DNA from: Promethearchaeia archaeon
GTDB lineage: Archaea; Asgardarchaeota; Lokiarchaeia; Sigyniarchaeales; SOKP01
Length of the DNA stretch: 32,000 nucleotides
Assembly: GCA_046497275.1 (NCBI GenBank)
Contig: JAWOFX010000019.1
Span: 30,001 to 62,000, forward strand
Direction of reading: 5' to 3'
Position numbers and translations under genes: made by a program
Shown here: positions 26,171 through 32,000 of the stretch, one piece after another
Layout of the letters: each line of letters opens with the position of its first letter
Position numbering within the stretch: position 1 is the first letter of the stretch
The notes under the pieces: model-generated
What the model was told of the DNA's origin: nothing
Databases searched by the model: none
What the model saw: only the letters and a program-made list of their open reading frames with translations

Positions 26171-27706
26171 TCATTCAGCATCTTTAACAATATATTTTGA
26201 TATATTATCTTGAAAATTGTATAAATGGAATTTATTAGGACTTAGAATGAAATTGGGATCAACCGTTCTTTTCATATCTTTAAAAAAGTCTATAAATTCA
26301 GGAGTATATGCATCTGCTTCAACAAGAGATTGTGATATTGCTTCTCCTAACCAATAATGAACTCCTCCATAGCGAACTTGGGCGCGAATTTTTTTATGCC
26401 ATATATTCATCGCTATATCTCTTTGGCTGTCAACATTTTCTGCATTAAAACCTCCAGCAACAACACAATGACCATTAGGTAAAAGATGGATTGATCTCGC
26501 GAAAAGAGAAAAGCTTTGATCGGGAAATTCGTCTTTATGTTTTACATCGAATTGACTACTAAAGTTTCTTTTTTCTGCTATCTTTGATATAGGAAGTTTA
26601 TGACAAGTTGTACAGGAAATCTTAGGAGGAGCTAAAGCAACAAATTTATTGAAATAACTATATGGAAATTTTAATTTAAATGTCCATTTTTCTGAGGATA
26701 CTTCGTTTTCATCAATATAAGTCCATTCAAAAAGACGTGCTCTGTCATTTTTTAGCATTATATTATCAATTTTTTCTATGTAAATTTCCATTATTCTTTC
26801 ATCAAATGCTTCTAAAATAAACATGAATACTGGACCTGTAAGTTTAGCTCTCTTCTTAGGCTTTTTTTCCGCAATTGAAGCGAGAAGTCTAACCACCACA
26901 AGTGGATTAATATATAAATCTTGAATCCCATCACGAACTTCATTCTGCACTCTCAACATCAAGTCTGCTACTATTTCGTAATCATTTTTATTAAGTATAT
27001 AATTTCTTAGAACTCTTATTGGAGGATTTGGGTATAATCTCAAAAATGCTTTTGTTTTTATTCCCATAGTTCCTACATCTCCCATAAATAGTCCAGTAAA
27101 ATCGGGAGAAACTCCATATCGACAAAAAGGGGAAGCATATTTATTTGTTGCTGCACCAGTGGTGATAATTGATCCCTTAGGATTAGGTAATACCACCTCA
27201 ACGCCTAAACAATTGTCCGTGACTAATCCATATTTAGTTGATCCAAATCCCGCCGTACTATTTGAAAGCCCCCCTCCTATTGTTGCGGAGTAGCCACTTC
27301 CAGGACCGACAATTCCAGTCGTTAAATCTCTCTTGAATAATTCTGATAATAATTTTCCCCATGTGATACCGCATTCCACTTCGCAATAAAAATCATTTTC
27401 GTGAATTTCAATAATTTTATTCAAACGCGTTAAGTCTAAAAGTATTCCTCCTTCGGTAACGGACCCCCCTACTAAATCTGCTCCACCCCCTCTAGGCACC
27501 ATATGAATCTTATATCTATTAGCGATTTTTACTATTTCTGAGATTTCTTCTGTATTTTGTGGGCGAACAATCATATCAGCCCATCGATCTGGAAATGCGG
27601 GATCTACATTCCTCGAATAAGCTGCTTTCATGAAATCTTTGTCAGTGATATGATCTAAACCGACTATAGTCTTTATTTCATTAAACGCTTTTTCAATTTT
27701 CGACAT
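26171..27706 (-). CDS. FAD-binding PCMH-type oxidoreductase (GlcD/D-lactate dehydrogenase/VAO superfamily)
   Basis: VRPQNTEEISEIVKIA, PRGGG, VECG, TIGGG-x-S, KYG, FMGDVGTMGIKT, DPNFILSPNK. Confidence 0.9.
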   Translation of the reverse strand: MSKIEKAFNEIKTIVGLDHITDKDFMKAAYSRNVDPAFPDRWADMIVRPQNTEEISEIVKIANRYKIHMVPRGGGADLVGGSVTEGGILLDLTRLNKIIEIHENDFYCEVECGITWGKLLSELFKRDLTTGIVGPGSGYSATIGGGLSNSTAGFGSTKYGLVTDNCLGVEVVLPNPKGSIITTGAATNKYASPFCRYGVSPDFTGLFMGDVGTMGIKTKAFLRLYPNPPIRVLRNYILNKNDYEIVADLMLRVQNEVRDGIQDLYINPLVVVRLLASIAEKKPKKRAKLTGPVFMFILEAFDERIMEIYIEKIDNIMLKNDRARLFEWTYIDENEVSSEKWTFKLKFPYSYFNKFVALAPPKISCTTCHKLPISKIAEKRNFSSQFDVKHKDEFPDQSFSLFARSIHLLPNGHCVVAGGFNAENVDSQRDIAMNIWHKKIRAQVRYGGVHYWLGEAISQSLVEADAYTPEFIDFFKDMKRTVDPNFILSPNKFHLYNFQDNISKYIVKDAE

Positions 27707-27919
27707 TATATATTAAAATTATTTTGATTAGTTAATACATTGAGTTTTTTTTATTTATACTTTAATTTTAGTTCAAGGATACCTCAGGAATAATTATAGA
27801 AAATCGTAAATATTCACTAATCATAATGATCGATTGTAACTAGGTGAATATATTTAAATAGTAAAAAAAGAAATATATTCTATTAAAAAATCGATTTTCT
27901 TAAAAATTTGGTAAATAAA

Positions 27920-29245
27920 ATGACTGAGAGAGAAAAATTATCAAAATTTACTATAATAGTTATTCTTTTGGCAGCTAGCATCGCTTGGATGCATGATGGC
28001 TACAGTTTAGTCCTAATCTCAACACTTTCCACCAGTTTGCAAGACTTTTTTGTTGGTGTAACCACTACTCAAATTGGTTTAGTAATCTCTTTACAATTTG
28101 TTTTTACTGTACCTGGCGCAATATTATTTGGTGAAATAGGTGATAGATTCGGAAGGAAAAAAGCACTTCTCATTTCTATTGCTTGGGATGCTGTTTTTTC
28201 ATCAATGACAGCATTAGTACCAAGGAATATGTTTTGGCTTTTTGCAGTATTAAGATTATTATCTGGTTTAGGTGTAAGCTGGGGGATTTCATTTTCTCTT
28301 ATCTCAGAGTACTTTAGACCCAAAAGAAGGGGCGCTGTTGGAGGTTTGGTACATTCAACTTTTGTTTTTGGTTATATAGGTGCAATTTTAATATCCATGG
28401 TTTTAGGTCCTTATGGTTGGCAATGGTGTTTCCTTACTGCTCTATTTCCTTTCCCATTCCTTTTATTATTCTGGGTTTATCTACCCGAATCGGCTGTTTG
28501 GTCAGAATATGACAGAATCACAAAAGAAAGTGGTCAAAAACAAAAACTCAGAATTAGAGAAATATTTAGCAAAAAATGGCTAAAATTAACAGTTGTATTA
28601 ACAATTCTTTTCTGGCTTGCGGAGACAGGATACCATGCTCTCGTTGATCACGCACCTGAATTTTTCGAATACTTATTTACTATAGCAGGAGCTTCCAATG
28701 CTAAGACTACCGCTTTACTTTTCATGCTTGTTATAATGATGATAGCGGCCGTTGGATTATTCTTTTTTGGCTTTTTAAGTGATTATATTGGAAGGAAAAA
28801 GGCATTTGGCATAGATAATGTTATTGGAATAATTGGGGGTCTACTCTTTGTGATATTTACTTTATTAATCTTCAACCAGACTATTATCCTAATCTCAGCA
28901 ATAATTATTACATTAGGCTTTGGATTACACGGAATATTTGGGGTTTGGTCCTCAGAATTGTATGATACTGAATTGCGCGCATCAGCGAATTCAATAATAT
29001 TTTCTATCGCTCGAGGATTAAGTTTTGGGGCATTATTTGTGGGGCTTATCGCCGATGCATTAAATCCTTATACGACGATAGCAGATAGATTACTAAATCC
29101 AGCAGACTCAATTCAAGCTCTTGGTACTGGTATGACCTTAAGTCTAATAGCAATGGTCGGAGTGTTTATCTCCTTATTATCCGTACCCGAGCCAATAGAC
29201 AAAGAGATTACAGCATTAAGCAAATCTGATATAATAAAGCCATAA
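27920..29245 (+). CDS. Major facilitator superfamily transporter (12 TM; carboxylate/aromatic acid-like)
   Basis: DGY in TM1, motif A twice (GEIGDRFGRKK and SDYIGRKK), SEYFRPKRRG, SELYDTELRAS. Alternative TTG start at 27908. Confidence 0.9.
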   Translation: MTEREKLSKFTIIVILLAASIAWMHDGYSLVLISTLSTSLQDFFVGVTTTQIGLVISLQFVFTVPGAILFGEIGDRFGRKKALLISIAWDAVFSSMTALVPRNMFWLFAVLRLLSGLGVSWGISFSLISEYFRPKRRGAVGGLVHSTFVFGYIGAILISMVLGPYGWQWCFLTALFPFPFLLLFWVYLPESAVWSEYDRITKESGQKQKLRIREIFSKKWLKLTVVLTILFWLAETGYHALVDHAPEFFEYLFTIAGASNAKTTALLFMLVIMMIAAVGLFFFGFLSDYIGRKKAFGIDNVIGIIGGLLFVIFTLLIFNQTIILISAIIITLGFGLHGIFGVWSSELYDTELRASANSIIFSIARGLSFGALFVGLIADALNPYTTIADRLLNPADSIQALGTGMTLSLIAMVGVFISLLSVPEPIDKEITALSKSDIIKP

Positions 29246-29345
29246 AAAAATTAAAGTTATAAATTATTTATCTTTCTTTTTTTATTTCTCTATTAAGAAG
29301 AATGGGTTTGATAGCTTTATTTAGCAAAGAATATAATATTAAATT

Positions 29346-30185
29346 ATGAAAATTTTATATGTGACTGATATCCACGGGGTAAAATGGAAATATGAATCTA
29401 TTTTTGATAAAGCAGTCGCAAATAAAGTTGATATTGTGATTAATGGAGGAGATTTACTTCCTACAAGACCAAGTTTTTTCATCCAAGATGAATTTATTAT
29501 TAATTTATTTGATGATTATTTCAGAGAATTTGAGGAGGCAGGCATTTTTCATTTATTCCAACCAGCAAATGATGATTTAGGTATGCATGATGATTTGCTT
29601 GATATAGTTTCGAAGAAGTATGATTTTAATGAGAATATTGCTCAAACAAAAATCAAAATCAAAGATTATGAATTTATTGGATTTAATTTCGTCACTGATC
29701 TCCCATTTGGATTGAAAGACAGAGCAAGAATGGATACACCTGATTTTGAATTCCCAAAACAAATAGGAAAACCATTAATCTCAACGAAAGAAGGATTAAA
29801 AGAAATTGATGATTGGTTTTCATATGCTCGATCGCTTCCTACGATTGAAGAGGAATTAGAAGAATTAAAAAAACCAGACGATATGAAAAAGACAATTTAT
29901 GTCATGCATATGCCTCCAGCTAAAGTATCATTGGATGTATGTAGTGATGCAAGACGTGTTGGATCCTTCGCTATTTATAATTTTATTAAAAAGAATCAAC
30001 CATTATTAACACTTCATGGTCATATACATGAATCCCCAAAAATGTCAAATAAATGGGTAAATAAAATTGGAAAAACGACTTGTATTCAGCCAGGGCAATC
30101 GAATTACTATCAAAAATTCCTTAACTATGTAATTATTAATTTAAAAAAAATGGATTATAAGCTCTATTCAATAGAAAAGGAATAA
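29346..30185 (+). CDS. Calcineurin-like metallophosphoesterase (Icc-related)
   Basis: TDIHG, GGDL, PANDD (GNH[D/E] variant), HMPP, HGHIHES. Confidence 0.85.
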   Translation: MKILYVTDIHGVKWKYESIFDKAVANKVDIVINGGDLLPTRPSFFIQDEFIINLFDDYFREFEEAGIFHLFQPANDDLGMHDDLLDIVSKKYDFNENIAQTKIKIKDYEFIGFNFVTDLPFGLKDRARMDTPDFEFPKQIGKPLISTKEGLKEIDDWFSYARSLPTIEEELEELKKPDDMKKTIYVMHMPPAKVSLDVCSDARRVGSFAIYNFIKKNQPLLTLHGHIHESPKMSNKWVNKIGKTTCIQPGQSNYYQKFLNYVIINLKKMDYKLYSIEKE

Positions 30186-30267
30186 TCGGTTTTTTTCTAA
30201 AATAAATGAGTAGAATGTACTGAAATAAAATTAGGTTTTTAATTTACGATAATTTATAAAAATTAAG

Positions 30268-30729
30268 ATGGATAAGCACATTTTAGATTATTTTAATGGA
30301 AAATTATATCATAAGGAGACCATAAAGAATTGGCAATTACCTCCATTTTTAGAAGAACAATTAGGACTAGATGAATATGAATATTTCTTCCTTACCACAT
30401 CAACAGAACAAGAAAAACATGGGAATGATCATATTCACATATCACTTTTTCCAACAAAATATGATCTCGTATATTTATTAGAAGTGGAAACATCAACCAT
30501 ACTACCTAAATTACTACATGACTCACTAAATTTAATTAAGCAAGCAGGTAAGGATATTATTACATCAACAGGTTTTTGTAGTAGTGAAAATCTTTGCTAT
30601 TTTGGAATCTTTTTTTCATCAAAGAATGTTGAACAATTTGATAATTTATTGGATCAAATCAAGAAATTAGAAAATGTGCATGATGCTTTAGTATTTCAAT
30701 ATTCTTGTGAAGGATGTAAACAAATTTAG
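30268..30729 (+). CDS. Hypothetical protein with probable C-terminal ACT domain
   Basis: C-half shows a beta-alpha-beta-beta-alpha-beta pattern (LLEVET...LLHDSLNLIKQAGKDIITSTGF...IKKLENVHDA); the N-half resembles an AbrB-type swapped hairpin. Confidence 0.55.
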   Translation: MDKHILDYFNGKLYHKETIKNWQLPPFLEEQLGLDEYEYFFLTTSTEQEKHGNDHIHISLFPTKYDLVYLLEVETSTILPKLLHDSLNLIKQAGKDIITSTGFCSSENLCYFGIFFSSKNVEQFDNLLDQIKKLENVHDALVFQYSCEGCKQI

Positions 30730-30740
30730 AGATTTAAACT

Positions 30741-31154
30741 CTACCAAAATGCTTTTTTGAATTTTTCAATAGTGCCTTCAAGTGAATCTTCTATCTCTTT
30801 CTCAAAACTTTGGAACATTGTAATATCACCTTGCCAACTATCAAGTATATCTGCATAAATCTCAAAGAATTTCTCTGAGATTATCTCAAGTTCTTCAATG
30901 ATCTTTTTCTCTTTTACTTTTTTTGCACAATTTCCAATAAAGAGGAAATTGTTTCGTTTCAAGATCCCAAATCTTTTCTGAGATAATTCAAAACTAGTAA
31001 GTCCTTCCTTAGACAGAATCTCCGCAAAAGAATTAAGAGCACTCATAAGCCCTCCAAAAAGCTGTACATCTAATTCTTCATCATATACCCTGTGGAATAA
31101 CACAACTCCACTATTTCTATCTAAAATCCAGATGTCTTGAAGTACTTTTACCAC
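30741..31154 (-). CDS. Stand-alone longin-like domain protein (eukaryotic signature protein)
   Basis: Longin order beta-beta-alpha-beta-beta-beta-alpha-alpha: DIWIL / VLFHRVY / QLFGGLMSALNSFAE / SFEL / FGIL / FLFIG / IIEELEIISEKFFEIY / WQGDITMFQSFEKEI. GTG start. Confidence 0.7.
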   Translation of the reverse strand: MVKVLQDIWILDRNSGVVLFHRVYDEELDVQLFGGLMSALNSFAEILSKEGLTSFELSQKRFGILKRNNFLFIGNCAKKVKEKKIIEELEIISEKFFEIYADILDSWQGDITMFQSFEKEIEDSLEGTIEKFKKAFW

Positions 31155-31275
31155 TTAAAAACCCTATTTCTTGTTATATTTATTGATAACAATTCTCTCT
31201 ATAAAACACTAAATGAATTCTATTTATTAAATTATGTAAAAAGAATTAGAAAAAAATATATTTATTATAACTTTA

Positions 31276-31992
31276 TTATTTTTCTCGAGAAGGACGAATA
31301 TATCCGGCATAACTTCCTAAAATTCCAACAATTCCAAAAGCCCATGCCGCGAAATAAAATGGAGTGAATCCTGGAGAACCAGTAATGAGCATTATTATCC
31401 TATCCAATAGAAAATTCAAGAATATTAATGAAAAACTAAAAGCCATCACTGCAAGGGAGAGAAATGCGGTTTTATATTCCTTTTCTTGAATTCCTCTATA
31501 TGTTTCAATAGCTCGATACATAAACGGAATATAAACACTTGCCATCAATATGAATACTAATAGAAATGCAATTGCATCCAACAAAGTACTTAATGAATCA
31601 TCACCCGGAATATATATAACCAAAACATAAAAACATGTGATCGCTCCGAAGATCGCTAAAAGAACTCTTTGGGTTTTATTGTATTCTTCTTGAAAAACAT
31701 TGACTTTCAAAATGTAAGAATAAAAGATAGCTATACATACAAAAAATTCACTAATTCTGAATGAATTTATTCTGTAGAAAAAAACTCCCACAATTGTATA
31801 TGCTCCAACCACTTCATCTAATCGCAGAACCACAAATACTTTCGAAAGCCAAGAAAATATGATTGCCAAAAGATATAGAAAAAATATGGTTAATAAATAT
31901 AAAGTTAATTTATTCTTTTTCTCTCTATATCTCATTATTACTAGCACAACCAAAAATAAAGAAATGATTATTACAATTAGTTCATAGATCAT
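31276..31992 (-). CDS. Hypothetical 7-TM membrane protein
   Basis: Seven hydrophobic segments in 238 aa with basic loops after TM1 and TM5; no soluble output domain and no retinal-binding Lys in TM7. Confidence 0.75.
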   Translation of the reverse strand: MIYELIVIIISLFLVVLVIMRYREKKNKLTLYLLTIFFLYLLAIIFSWLSKVFVVLRLDEVVGAYTIVGVFFYRINSFRISEFFVCIAIFYSYILKVNVFQEEYNKTQRVLLAIFGAITCFYVLVIYIPGDDSLSTLLDAIAFLLVFILMASVYIPFMYRAIETYRGIQEKEYKTAFLSLAVMAFSFSLIFLNFLLDRIIMLITGSPGFTPFYFAAWAFGIVGILGSYAGYIRPSREK

Positions 31993-32000
31993 TCCTATAA

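Noticed and set aside
9036-31367. Remaining short overlapping ORFs (9036, 12722, 13503, 16125, 16931, 18565, 18778, 19057, 19148, 20972, 21475, 23462, 28069, 29577, 31137).
   Set aside because: Overlap or oppose confidently assigned CDS; no motifs, SD or protein-like composition.
1-32000. CRISPR arrays, tRNA/rRNA genes, IS elements, integrases, defence islands.
   Set aside because: No spaced direct repeats, no GC-rich structured RNA blocks, and no transposase or recombinase motifs seen.

Overview
A very AT-rich (about 30% GC by eye), gene-dense archaeal chromosomal segment, most likely from an Asgard archaeon (Lokiarchaeia-like). This is inferred from the archaeal information-processing genes, an eIF5A with the eukaryote-type GKHGHAK loop, and a stand-alone longin-like protein. 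The window has about 32 CDS. I found no rRNA, tRNA, CRISPR array, integrase or transposase. Left part: partial unknown ORF, glutaredoxin-like protein, Zn-ribbon protein, glycerol-kinase-like FGGY kinase, 4-TM protein, orphan HerA, small winged-helix protein plus Cdc48, flavin reductase, a tandem SDR pair and a transglutaminase-like protein. Centre: housekeeping block eIF5A-nadK-nob1-fen1, divergent from srp54-trmY-like-pyrC-AMMECR1. Right part: a 930-aa ectodomain/flippase fusion, a catabolic cluster (enoyl-CoA hydratase, acetoacetate-decarboxylase-like protein, CCG Fe-S protein, FAD oxidoreductase, MFS), a metallophosphoesterase, an ACT-like protein, a longin and a 7-TM protein. Best leads: (1) a hidden 233-aa pseudo-SDR that seems to start at ATT behind a perfect Shine-Dalgarno; (2) the fusion of a sequon-rich ectodomain to a Wzx/MurJ-like flippase; (3) a TrmY homologue that has lost its SAM-binding loop; (4) the longin plus 7-TM pair; (5) a divergent GlcD/GlcF-like oxidation module. 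All family assignments come from motif recognition by eye, with no database searches.
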